From the NCBI GenBank assembly GCA_951406725.2, contig OX597831.1, positions 63,674,001 to 63,738,000 of the forward strand: a stretch of DNA of 64,000 nt, given 5' to 3'. This DNA is from Octopus vulgaris. Its lineage: Eukaryota. Each line of letters begins with the position of its first letter. Positions within the stretch are counted from its first letter, which is position 1. Shown in pieces: positions 36,970 through 49,269 of the stretch. The translations under genes and the position numbers were made by a program. The notes under the pieces were generated by a model. That model was not told the DNA's origin. It worked only from the letters and a program-made list of their open reading frames with translations, and made no database searches.

Positions 36970-37372
36970 AACAATAATACACCTCTGAACGAGGTATAAA
37001 CAGTAACTGCACGACAATGTGAGGTATATTTGCCATCTAAGGGTGGGTGTTACTGTAGCTTATTATTGCTTGTATACACTTTTTCAAGATCAGTGACGTA
37101 GAGTTACTGGAAAAAGGATATTAATATTTGCATTGGGAACTCCTTTCATCAAAAACCAGTGATCGTCGTACACTGATGATGGGTCAAGACCCAGAAACTG
37201 CAGTCCGTGCATATCACTTAGGTTGATGAGGGAAGGATGACCTCCCTTTGCAAATACCGATAGGGCGCAGAAAGTGTGCCTGTAGCCAGCTGGAGGCGAT
37301 GATCTCCTGAGGCTACAGTAACATCCACCCTTAGTGGTTAGCCATATTGAGATGGCAAATATACCTCACATA
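36970..37372 (+). mobile_element. ~400-bp non-coding retroelement-like insertion with internal inverted repeats and a hammerhead ribozyme
   Basis: 11-bp direct repeat AATTAGTAATA (36959-36969, 37373-37383); inverted arms 37017-37059 / 37312-37371. Confidence 0.75.
37168..37210 (+). ncRNA. Minimal type I hammerhead ribozyme motif
   Basis: GTACA-CTGATGA-TGGGTC AA GACCCA-GAAA-C TGCA G-TC-CGTGC: canonical core, stem II, short stem III with palindromic loop, GUC site; one closing mismatch in stem I. Confidence 0.8.
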
Positions 37373-38047
37373 AATTAGTAATATTTTCCTTAATAAGTAG
37401 GTTTGATGGTTATATAATATTTTGTAAACACTTTCTTAAAATTATTTCCATTATCATCAGATTCATTCCATTATATGAATGAATTATCCCAAACTTTTAC
37501 CATTTTCCTCTCTTAATAACTGATACTTGATTATCATGTTCATTACTTTAGTGGGGGCTCTTAATTTAAAACTTCGACAATTTACACATCTAAGCTGCAC
37601 TGCTACAATGCACATTTGTATTATATGGGCACATTTACAGTACCAAAGCATAAGGAAAGATATGGTCTGAGGCAGAAGATTAGAATACTTTTACTGTAAA
37701 CAACTGGTGAAGGCTTATTCTTTACAATCAACTATCCGTCTGAAGCCAACAGGCTCCACATGAAAGTAAACTTAATGGACATAGTTATTGGTTTAATCTG
37801 CTCATTCTACAAATGTGTAGTCAGTATCGGAATAAGATGACAGTGGGTGTTTAGTTTATTATACATTTTTCCCCAAGTTCAATTCCTGCTGGTGTTCTGT
37901 TTGCCTGTTTGCTTAGAACTTAATGAAAGGAATGGAATGCCAATGGCGAAGCCTATGCTTACTCACTTGATTTGCTTGAAATAGCTACCAAATTTCTTTC
38001 AAAATACATTTAATGTCTTAAAAGGGGGAGAACGCATAAGGTGTACC

Positions 38048-38276
38048 TATTTCATTACTACCCACAAAAGGCTAAACACAGAGGGAACAAACAAGGACAG
38101 ACAAACGGATTAAGTCGATTACATCGCCCCCAGTGCGTAACTGGTACTTAATTTATCGACCCCGACAGGATGAAGGGCAAAGTCGACCTCGGCGGAATTT
38201 GAACTCAGAATGTAACGGCAGACGAAATACAGCTACGCATTTCGCCCGGCGTGCTAACGTTTCTGCCAGCTCGCCG
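38048..38276 (-). mobile_element. SINE family B
   Basis: 15-bp TSD CGCATAAGGTGTACC (38033-38047, 38275-38289). Confidence 0.93.
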
Positions 38277-38769
38277 CATAAGGTGTACCATGTTTGAAAA
38301 ACAAAAGAAGGCACGATCACGGGTAGAACGCTTTTGAATCAGAAGTCGGTTTGATCGGGTTTGAGTTGTGGCTAGACAGCCATAATAATGAAACAAAATG
38401 TCTCACAAATTCTACATAACTGGCGAAGACTTCATCCTCGTACTAAAACTAGACAAGAGAGATTGATTCTATGAGATAGAGCAAGTGTGTAAAACAGTCA
38501 GATTCTATTAGCCTCCAGATCTTGTTTATATCAAAAAAATCATAGGTGTCAGAAATAAGTGGCTGGAGTAGAATTTATCTGAAAACATATTTATAAACTC
38601 GACTTACAAATTCAACATGGGAACTTCTTCCTGATTCTAGAAACTGCCGCAAAAGGCAGCCAAATCTCCCACAAATTATATTGAGCCATATAAGTAAAAT
38701 CCCTAGCTGATGACTGAAGGGGGATACTGTACTTTCAACCAATACAATGCTGTGAGTGCTGCTGGATGA

Positions 38770-39014
38770 TGGACTCTGGTGATGATGTTATTCCATACTT
38801 TCCGATCCATGGCACTGGTCTTAGCATGCTTGAGGTCGAGGCGCTTCGACTTCAGGTCTTCCTCAATTTATTTAGCCCATGTCTTCTTTGGAGCGCTCCA
38901 CTGGATTCTCTAATGTGTGGGTCACTGCTTCAACAAGAGTTGGTGTAGTAGTCTTCTGGTGCTCGTCCTGCAGACATCGGGAAACTTATGTAGTCTGCGT
39001 TGCAGAGCTTCAAC
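38770..39014 (-). mobile_element. RTE-clade LINE 3' coding remnant
   Basis: SAPKKTWAK*IEEDLKSKRLDLKHAKTSAMDRKVWNNII. Confidence 0.7.
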
Positions 39015-39025
39015 CATGTAGACCT

Positions 39026-39328
39026 TGTGGAGGCACATGGCCCAGTGGTTAGAGCAGCGGACTCGCAGTCGAAAGATCGTTGGTTCGAATCTCAGACTGG
39101 GTGATGTGTGTGTTTATGAGCGAAACAACTAAGCTCCATGCGGCTCCAGCAGAAGGTAATGGCGAAACTTCTGCTGACTCTTTCGCCACAACTTTCTCTC
39201 ACTCTCTCCTCCTGCATCTTGCAGCTCACCTGTGACGGACCGGCGTCCCGTACACGTGAGGAACCTATACGCCAAGGAAACCGGAAAACTGGCACTTATG
39301 AGCCAGGCATGGCTTGAGAAGGAACAAA
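39026..39328 (+). mobile_element. SINE family C, tail type 2
   Basis: TSD CATGTAGACCT(TG) at 39015 and 39329. Confidence 0.93.
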
Positions 39329-39859
39329 CATGTAGACCTTGATATAGAATGTTTCACAGAAGAATAGATAGTGATGATTGGAACATAGGTCTATATGACC
39401 GGATCTATAATGAAAGACGTAAGGCTAAGCAACAACCAAGAATTTATAATCCCCAAGTGATGTTTACACACGACTGTAGGACAAAATTCCAGTTAACCTT
39501 GGCTTAATTTTTGCTAACACTCGTATCAGCATAAAATCTGAGGAAAATAGTGAATCTTTGCACCAGTAGAATTTTAGGAAAATAATGATAGTAAACACAA
39601 CTAGTAAATACAAGCGGTTACTATATTGGAATAAACTGGTTTGTCATGGGGAAAAGGTGTCTTTTCTATAACACTGTTTCTATATGGCGTTGATTTTGTC
39701 AGAGTAAAGTTGGAAACCTATATCTATTAGATATACTTTGATATATTTTTCATGTTGCTTCAACAAAAATATAGAAAGCTATAGAAATTTATTGAATTTC
39801 AAAATATTTTGACACATATCTTAAATTTCATCCTGTGCTACATGCAATGTGAATTTTGA

Positions 39860-39911
39860 TATGTATGTGTAGACACATATATGTATACATACATACACAT
39901 ATATATATATA

Positions 39912-39945
<34 letters not shown>

Positions 39946-39974
39946 TATACATATATATGCATATATATATATGC

Positions 39975-40059
<85 letters not shown>

Positions 40060-40110
40060 CACATATATATATATATACAGACGTATATTATATATATATA
40101 TATATATATA
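39860..40110. repeat. (TA)n compound microsatellite
   Basis: Visible directly. Confidence 0.95.
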
Positions 40111-40241
40111 TTGACCGTATTTTTAATAACAATCATTATATATGAATATATATTTGATGTCTTTTTAATAGCATACATGGTGTGTGTTTATACATACATA
40201 CTTACATATATATATGAAAATAGATAAACATGTATTCTTAC

Positions 40242-40272
<31 letters not shown>

Positions 40273-40517
40273 TGTATAAAAACTGACTTTTCAATAAATT
40301 TTCTTCTCTTATTTTGCCATTATAATGTTGTATGATTATTTCTAAGAAGAGTTCCGATAGTTACATTTTTAATGTTTTTGTTATAATAAAGCACTTTTTT
40401 TTTTTCATTTTCTCCTTTTTTAATGGATATTAAATTCATTTAAAACAATTTTTTTTTCTTTAATGCCATAACATTGCTTCTTTATATTTTCATCATGTTT
40501 TATTATCAGTAACAGTT

Positions 40518-40550
<33 letters not shown>

Positions 40551-40772
40551 GTCGTCGTCGTCGTCGTTGTCAACACCATTATTAACGATAGTATCTTCTT
40601 TACTATTATTTATTGCTGCTGCTGTTGTTGCTACTATTGTCGTCGTCATCATCATTATTATTGTTATAATGATAATATCCATATCATCATCATTATTATT
40701 AGCAAAGAAATCTTCATTATTATTATAGCTATTGCTGTTATCCTCATCATCATCACCATCATCATCATTTTT

Positions 40773-40811
<39 letters not shown>

Positions 40812-41030
40812 TTTTTCATCATTATCATCATCATCGTTGCCATCATCATCATATTATTATTATTGCTGTAATGATAATATCCATATTATTATTATTAGCA
40901 AAGAAATCTTCATTATTATTATAGCTATTGCTGTTATCATCATCATCATTATCATCATCATCATATTTTTCATCATTATCATCATCATCGTTACCATCAT
41001 CATGATCGTATTTTCATCATCATCATCTTC
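40518..41030. repeat. (ATC)n/(ATT)n low-complexity block with a ~200-bp tandem duplication
   Basis: TAATGATAATATCCAT...AGCAAAGAAATCTTCATTATTATTATAGCTATTGCTG begins at both 40667 and 40869. Confidence 0.9.
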
Positions 41031-41716
41031 ATTATTTATAAAGAGTCAAATATTCAATTTTCGGAAGCCAATCAACAGTTGGGCATCATCTGAACTAAAA
41101 AGAAGTATTTGTATTCTTATATACCATACTCAGATATTGATTCATTTTGAGAAAACTTTTTCCTTGAAAGAGGAAATGCTCCAAGTTCATTTATACAAGA
41201 ATCTCTGACTTTCATTCTTCCTCTCCAATCATAGTTTTGTTAATGTACTTCTTTCAGTCATCTATCTACAGATATTCCGCTGAATGGCTACATATTTACG
41301 TCAAGGAAATGGAATACACATCATCAACCAACACTAATGGGCATGACTACTTACCAATAAAAAGTTCTATACGTCTCTGCACATCTGTCTGCATACATAC
41401 AGGCGTACACAATAAACTTAACCTGTGTATGTGTGATGTACTTAGTTTTATATACACACGTACAAACACACACCGAAAGACTCGTATATTCAGACACTAA
41501 TACAGGTGACTTCATATTCAATATATCTTTTGTGAATCATTCCGATAGCACATACTTTCAGCAAGGTATTCAAAGATTTATCTTTGCATACGTCTGTCTG
41601 TGTAAACACGTGACTATATATACATACATATATATGTGTGTGTATATATATACATACATTCATTATATATATCTATGTGTGTGTGTGTTTGCGTGTGTAT
41701 CTGTGTCTTTGTATAT

Positions 41717-41806
<90 letters not shown>

Positions 41807-41809
41807 TAT

Positions 41810-42540
41810 TTTGTGGGTTAACAAATCTACCATTGGTTTCATGCCAAGAGATATCTCTCCACAATTATCTAGCCTGCAACATAGAACGTTGGTGCTTGTT
41901 TCCTCCTTGGATGATTATACGTGAAGCTATACGAAGCGGTAGAGGCTTTGGGATAGATAAATAAATAAATAAACAAACAGATTGTGGAAAATATCTCGTA
42001 AGAACATTTTAATGGTTGTCTCACTTGCATTAGTCCAGGAAGCTTTGTAAGGAGTTTCGTTCAGCATAAATGAATTCCTCAATCATTTCTTGCTAGGACG
42101 CTCGTGCACGTTCAAATTTACAAAAATAAATATTTGTATGTACACTCATGTGTGCACATCCATACAAAATATGCGCACGCACATATGCATACACACACAT
42201 ATATACACACACACACCTGCATTATATGGTATGTTCGTATTTAAATATGTGCACATAATTGTGTCCGAAAGGGGGGGCGCCACGTCAAAACGGTAGAGTA
42301 GTAGTGGCCGAAACCGGACGTGGTTCCTCTTGATGATGTCTTGAGCTAACTGGATCCTATAAAGGAGCTGTTGTGGTAGCAGACCACGAAACACGGTTGT
42401 AATTCCTGATGCCAAACTTGGTCCATGGAGTTTTAAATTCACGAGGCTGTAGATTCCCAAGTCTGTGTATGTATAATTGTTGCGAGATTTCTGTCCGCAT
42501 AAAACCAATGGTAGCCTTGTAAACCCCCAAATATAGAATA
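41810..42540. mobile_element. Probable Penelope-like terminal-repeat remnants
   Basis: 35/42-nt inverted match 41827-41868 vs 42473-42514; degenerate hammerhead-like motif 41902-41945; GAAAC..GT-like half-motifs at ~42287, 42310, 42388. Confidence 0.4.
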
Positions 42541-43291
42541 TTCAACCAGCAATGCGGTGTTGCGCACTCATTCTCACTGTTCGATTTTAATGTATATATG
42601 TGTATGTGTGTGTATATGTGCGCGCGCGCGTGTGGTCATAGCACCGAAAACTACTGAGTCGTTTAGCACGCTGTTAAATATCTCACCACGATGAAATAAA
42701 ATTCTACATCATTTGTGCATGAACGTCAATCTACAATATATAGTTCCTGGTATATAGTTAAATGTTCTTATTCCGTTCCCCTTGTAGAGTATTGTGAATT
42801 ATTTTACACCATCTTTCTAAAACGGCTTCATTTTTCTTTGATGACCGCATAAATTAACCGCATCGTTCCTTCGTTTGTTACCTGATGGATTTGCATGCGA
42901 ATCGCAACTGCTGCCGGCTACTGCCATATATTGTGCAGCTAAACGGGTAACGTTCTATAGCTGAACAGCAGCAAACGAAGTGAATAGTCACTGAACCATT
43001 TAGTTGTCTTGTGGGGCACTCGTAAATATTTCATATGTTCGTTATAGAATATATTCAAAGACCATTTTTCCTGCCTGTCTGTTTAATTTACATTGGTGTA
43101 AAGTCATAACACCTGGTGAGTCATATATGTGTGTGTGTGTGTGTGTGAGTGTGCACACACACACACACACATTAAATACGCATAAACTAAAGCGGTTGTG
43201 CAATGACTCGTGTATTTACCTACATACATATAAATGCAAAAGTGCATGTGAGTGCATATAAATGCATGCATACCTTTATATATATATATAT

Positions 43292-43355
<64 letters not shown>

Positions 43356-43417
43356 GTAGGTAGGTAGGTAGGTAGGTAGGTAGGTAGGTAGATAGATAGA
43401 TAGGTAGGTAGAGTAGG

Positions 43418-43457
<40 letters not shown>

Positions 43458-43467
43458 GGTAGGTAGG

Positions 43468-43552
<85 letters not shown>
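43292..43552. repeat. (GATA)n/(GGTA)n microsatellite
   Basis: Visible directly. Confidence 0.97.
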
Positions 43553-43553
<1 letters not shown>

Positions 43554-43850
43554 TTCAGTTTGACACAACAGATTAGATTGTTAAACAAAGCTGCAGTAAT
43601 ATATCTAATGAGTATGTATTTACACTCGTTGTGAGAATAGTCCCCGGGGATCAATGCAGAGTACTCTCAGCAGCCAGCCAGAAAGATAGAATCTATTAAT
43701 AGATGCTGTGTGTGTGTGTGTGCATATATATGCTCACATAGCCCTACATACGCACTGCGTAGGAATGAAAGATGGCGTATGTGTCTTAAATACTTTCAAA
43801 ATGTTGAAATTTTTAATGCATTTTTTTTACTGTTTTCGGACTAATACATG

Positions 43851-44086
43851 TGTTTCTTTATTACCCAAAAGGGGCTAAACATAGAAGGGACAAACAAGGA
43901 CCAAAAAAAAAAAAAAAAACGGAATAAGTCGATTACATCAACTCCAGTGCGTGACTGGTACTTAATTTATCGACCCCGAAAGGATGAAAGGCAAAGTCGA
44001 CCTCGGCGGAATTTGAACTCAGAACGTAACGGCAGACGAAATACGGCTACGCATTTCGCCCGGCGTGCTAACGTTTCCGCCAGCTC
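43851..44086 (-). mobile_element. SINE family B
   Basis: Family match, CpGs retained. Confidence 0.9.
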
Positions 44087-44194
44087 ATAGTAAAAATATG
44101 TTTACCGATAAAAAAGAAATGATGCATTATGCTTCACTAGTATAGCATGGAGGAATCCTACGATTTTATTTCTCCGAAAAATACTTAACCGGGT

Positions 44195-44655
44195 CCATTT
44201 AAACCTCTTTTTGTAGTTTTCTTCTTTCGTTTTGTCTGCTTACATCTTCATGTTGCATCGAAATCTATTGAACAAGTTTCTCCATTCATGCGTGACTGTT
44301 CGATATCAGGCTCTTTATGCATTATTAATGGTTTGAACTTTTCAGATTTGCCAAAAACACGTGTCTAAGTGAATTACGCTCATTTGCTTCATTTGTAGTT
44401 CATATTCATTAACCCTGTTAATGCCTGCTTCTTCAAATGCACGTTGTCTGTCTAAATTAAGAAGGTCAAGATCAGTTCAGCTTTTACCGAATGATATTCA
44501 GTAAATCATGGACATCTGTATCGGGCATCGAAACTACGCACTTTTTCAAACGTAGCCATGTCTTCCAAAAAATCTCTCTTTTGGGAAGTAAGGTCAGCGA
44601 AATCATGAGCACAATGCATTGATATATACTTGGGAATGACTCTCAATGCTGCTGC
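44195..44655 (-). mobile_element. Decayed pogo/Tigger transposase C-terminal remnant
   Basis: Fragmentary translations AHDFADL, DLLNLDRQRAFEE and MHKEPDIEQS resemble Tigger C-terminal blocks; many stops and frameshifts. Confidence 0.5.
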
Positions 44656-44825
44656 TATCACCTTACACACACATACACACACACACACACACACGCACGC
44701 TCGCATGCACGCACGCACACGCACACGCACACGCACTCGCGCATACCACATACAAAAACATGCACACGTATATGTGTGTGTGTAATTGTATTTGTATATA
44801 TGTGTGCGTGCGCGCGTATGTGTGG

Positions 44826-44990
44826 ACAGACAGATATATTGACAGACAGACAGATAGATAGATAGATAGATAGATAGAAGGATGGATGGATGGATGGATG
44901 GATGGATGGATGGATGGACGGACGGGCGGACGGACGGACAGACAGACAGACAGACAGACAGGTTGATAGATAGACAGACAGACAGACAGG

Positions 44991-45066
<76 letters not shown>
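44826..45066. repeat. Compound tetranucleotide tract (GACA/GATA/GATG/GACG)
   Basis: Visible directly. Confidence 0.97.
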
Positions 45067-45646
45067 AGTTCATACAAAGAGTGACCTTTTTTTTTTCTTA
45101 AGTGCAACACCCAGTACCACATTATCCATTGTGTCTCTAGCTTTAAAGCGGTTTTGAGAGCGATTTGAAGGAGATTTTTATTGTTCTTTCTCGCAGACTG
45201 AATGACCATTGTGTTGTGATTCTTCCCTTGGCCTGCATATGACTATTTACACCAGACATGATCCATGTCCTTCCTGATAAAATATTCCTGCAAATATAAG
45301 CTTCAGAGTAATTTGTACTGGATTAAAACTTTTACCCGATATAGTTCGTTACATACAGTTCTGGGTTCAAATTCTTTCGGTAATCAATTTGCCTTCTTAC
45401 TGCTTCAAAATAAGTAATAATAATAATAAAAATTATCGGAGATGTTTCATAAACCTTAGGTAAGTTTACCTACATCCATGCATTTATCTTCATGTAATAC
45501 ATATAGAGATAGAGCGATTATGATCCATGCAGATCCAGTTTCTTCCTACCATCTTGATTGAGTTCAGTTATATCTTGCGCACTTATGTAAGATAAAGGAA
45601 AACTAATGACAGATATTTCGTATAAAAGTATTGCTATTGTTGTTGC

Positions 45647-46029
45647 TGTTTGTTTGTTTGTTTGTTGAGCAAAGCGGTCTTCGTCCCAGAGCTCGCAAGA
45701 TCGCGAGTGCGAGAAGTCCGAAACGTGGTCCTTTGCTATTCGTAAGACCCGCAGAAGAGAAAGCAGGTCAATCCCCGACACCTAGAGCATCGAGGGATGG
45801 ATGAATGCGCATCCAGGTTCAGCGGTTGCGTAGGAAGTCGGGGACAAGAAACAAGAAGAAAGAGTGAGAGAAAGTTGGAACGAAAGAGTCGCCACCAACC
45901 CCTGCCGGAGCCTCGTGGAGCTTTAGGTGTTTTCGCTCAATAAATACACACAACGCCCGGTCTGGGAATCGAAACCGCGATTCTCTGACCACGAGTCCGC
46001 TGCCCTAACCACTGGGCCATTGCGCCTCC
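45647..46029 (-). mobile_element. SINE family C, tail type 1, full length
   Basis: Family match; flanked by TGTTGTTGCTGTT on both sides. Confidence 0.92.
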
Positions 46030-46879
46030 TTGTTGTTGCTGTTGCTATTTGTCCTCGTGGAAGATCGCTTTACAAATTACATTATTTCATCTTCAGTTCC
46101 ACTGCATGGTATCATGAAAAAATTCGTTCTGGATCGATGAGATCCTTGTGAGTGAAACTGAGTCTACAAAAGCAGTGTGAAAGCCCGAACGAAGGACCAC
46201 TCCTGTCCTAGAATGATGCACATAGCCCAGTTTAACATTACCACCTTGGTCCTGAAGATTTTAGCTGAATCTACATTGTTGCAAATATTTCAGCAAGGTT
46301 TCTAATTGAGGTTAATGCTCTTCAATCATTGTCGGGGACTTTGTAAAAGATCATCAACGCTGCCCTTTTCCCTCTCATTTAAGTCATTAACTGAATGGTA
46401 AAAGGTTAAACTTGAGCAGATAAATCTGAGTTCGAAGAGGCTCTAGCCGTGTTCATCCCATCTTTGCCTTTCCCGGTCATAGTACATCTAATCATTAGAT
46501 TCCAATGCGTCCTCTTTTTAAGATACTGATGTGTGATTAAAAGGTCATTTGACAACTAATTTCTGCCGGTCAAATAACTTCGTCAGTGTTCCTTCATTGG
46601 CTCCTTTGTTTAATGTAGTCATGTTTTTATGAGACTTGGTAGTGTTGTGAGGACAGCCTTTCAGTAAGCAGGCCAATGGCCGTTTACGTTTAGTGGGAAG
46701 CAAATGTTCTCAATGGAGAATGAAGTAAGATAGTCAGTCCAGTTGTTTATTCCTGGTCATAGATCTTGAGATCTATTATACTGAAATAATTGATGTTGCT
46801 AAGTGTTAGTCATTGATTTGATTTACTCAGATTTGTTTTCAATACACGCATATATACATGCTTAAACTAACATTGACAC

Positions 46880-47318
46880 ATGTATGTATGTATGCATGTA
46901 TGTATGCATGTATGCATGTATGTATGTAGGTATGTATGCATGAATGCATGTTTGTATGCATGTAAGTATGCTTGTATGTATGTATGTATGTATGTTTGCT
47001 TATATGCATGTATGTATGTATGCATGTATGTATGTATGTATGTATGTATGTATGTATGTATGTATGTATGTATGCATGTATGCATGTATGTATGTATGTA
47101 TGTATGTATGTATGTATGTATGCATGTATGTATGTATGCTTGTATGTATGTATGTATGCATTTATGTATGTATGTATGTATGTATGTATGCATGTATGCA
47201 TGTATGTATTCATGTATGTATGTATGCATGTATGTATGTATGCATGTATGTATGTATGTATGCATGTATGCATGTATGTATGTATGTTTGCTTGTATGTA
47301 TGCATGTATGTATGCTTG

Positions 47319-47349
<31 letters not shown>

Positions 47350-47432
47350 GTATGTATGCATGTATGTATGTATGTATGTATGTATGTATGTATGTATGTG
47401 TGTATGTATGTATGCATGCATGCATGTATGTA
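46880..47432. repeat. ~550-bp (TATG)n microsatellite with CATG variants
   Basis: Visible directly. Confidence 0.98.
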
Positions 47433-47834
47433 TCGTGCCAAATGAAATTTGCGTCTAACATTCTAGCATTTACCTCATGAATAGAAATATCAAATAAGTA
47501 CAGAAGTAAAAAAAGAAAAGTTTTTCTTTTCGTATTTTTATCATTGATTCTAAGATCAATACATTTTCTTGGAGTGTCAAAAAGTTTTTACCACGAGAAC
47601 TAATGGGCGTAATTTATCAGTGATTTTCTCTGACTTACACCGAGTTATTTGAACTAGTTAAAGAGACACGGAAAACGCGAAACAAAAGAAATAGAAGGAA
47701 ATCTTCGACAATAGTTTCAACATTGAAGTTTCTTATATTTCTGTTCATATTTGTTTAAGTTTAACAACACCGTTGAATATTTCCTTCAGTCTTATACCAG
47801 GAGTATATAGATAGCTTACATTGATACATGAACA

Positions 47835-48000
47835 GACAATCGGGCTGTCTTTCAGTGACTTTCAGATCAATTTCCTCCAGCTTGCCTTCAACTGTTCCAA
47901 GCCAAATATTCTTTGGATGTCCAGGATTTTATTTTCCAGGTGAAGGTCCATTTTGATACCACGTTTGTTATCCTGCCTCGATCCATTCGTGTCTGACTCC
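47835..48000 (-). mobile_element. Old RTE-like 3' remnant
   Basis: RMDRGRI...W, then after a frameshift PGHPKNIWLGTVEGKL. Confidence 0.45.
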
Positions 48001-48261
48001 TGCTGAAATATTACTGGCCTAATAAAATCATATTGTATACTATTTGTAAAATTATTTACTTATAGTTGGATGCTAGTATTCCTAATTTTCATAAATTATT
48101 AGTGAATGTATGAACCCCTTCCATATTCTATAGTTGTCAAGCAGTGCATCGTGGTGCTCTGGTCTACAGTAAACAGTATCTACTTGGGGGAGAGTGTTAA
48201 TTATAGTTTAGGGTTTTTATTTTAATTTTTGAAAAGGTTTAATAAAAAAAATAACAACTGA

Positions 48262-49269
48262 TTAATCAATAATGTATTCACCCTTGTTGTTTACAACTTC
48301 TTCCCAACGTTCAAGAAGATTTTCAATACCTCGTTGGTAGAAATCACCCGATTTCAACTCGAAAACTTGATCCAACCAAGCTCTCAATTCTGCATCAGTA
48401 TTGAACGAAACTCCGCGCATAGCATTTGAAGGAGATCGAAAGAGGTGGAGATCCGTTCGTGCCAAATCAGGAGAGTGCGGTGGGTGTAGCAGCACTTCCC
48501 AGCCATGCGTTTGAATGGCTTCCTTGGTCCCATTGGCGATTTGAGGACGGGCGTTGTCGTGCAGCAGAACTTCAAGCTGACGATTAGGTCTTTTCTCTTG
48601 AATAGCCGTGTTGAGTCGTTCCATCATAGAGTTCTGTGTTGACCGTTTGGTTCCGTTCAAACAATTCGTAATGGATAATCCCTTCCCAGTTCCACCATAC
48701 GCACAACATCGTTTTACGCGGATGAACATCTTGTTTCACGTGTAGTGTCGCTTGTTTACTGGGGCTAAGCCATTCCTTACGCTGCTTCATATTGATGTAC
48801 AGGCACCATTTTTCGTCTCCAGTAACGATTCGGTAAAGAAATTATTTCTTGTGTCCATGAGTTGAGCGGTGACGAGCAAGCAAACCGGCGGAGATTGTGG
48901 CTCGCTGATTTTTGTTGTCACTTAAAGCATGCGGAACCCATGCTCCATACTTCTGAACCTTTCCCTTCGAGTGAAGATATTTCTCTATAGCAGTGTGGGA
49001 GCATTCCATTTTCTCTGCCAGTTCAATTGTTGTTTGATGAGAATTTTCGAGGAAAAGTTGGTTTAATCGCTCTTCATCGAACTCAACTGGACGGCCAGAA
49101 CGAGGTACGTCTTTGAGGTCAAAATTTCCATACAAGCGGTTCTTTCAGCTATGACACTCTCTCCATACACAGCACAAATGTCGCGAGCAGCTTTTGCGGC
49201 CTTAGAACCTTGATTAAAAGCAAAAAGGTGGTGTCGAAAATGCTCGTTTTTCTTAACTTGACATTCTAT
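48262..49269 (-). pseudogene. mariner (D,D34D) transposase pseudogene
   Basis: EHFRH..., PRSGRP, WVPHAL, RIVTGDEKW, HDNARP-34aa-SPDLARTD; start ATG appears mutated to ATA; several frameshifts; TIR-like TATTGGGTTCG at ~49355-49365, no clear partner TIR. Confidence 0.95.

Noticed and set aside
38705-38740. Isolated CTGATGA (also at ~10452 and ~28038)
   Set aside because: No appropriately placed GAAA or stems, so not a hammerhead
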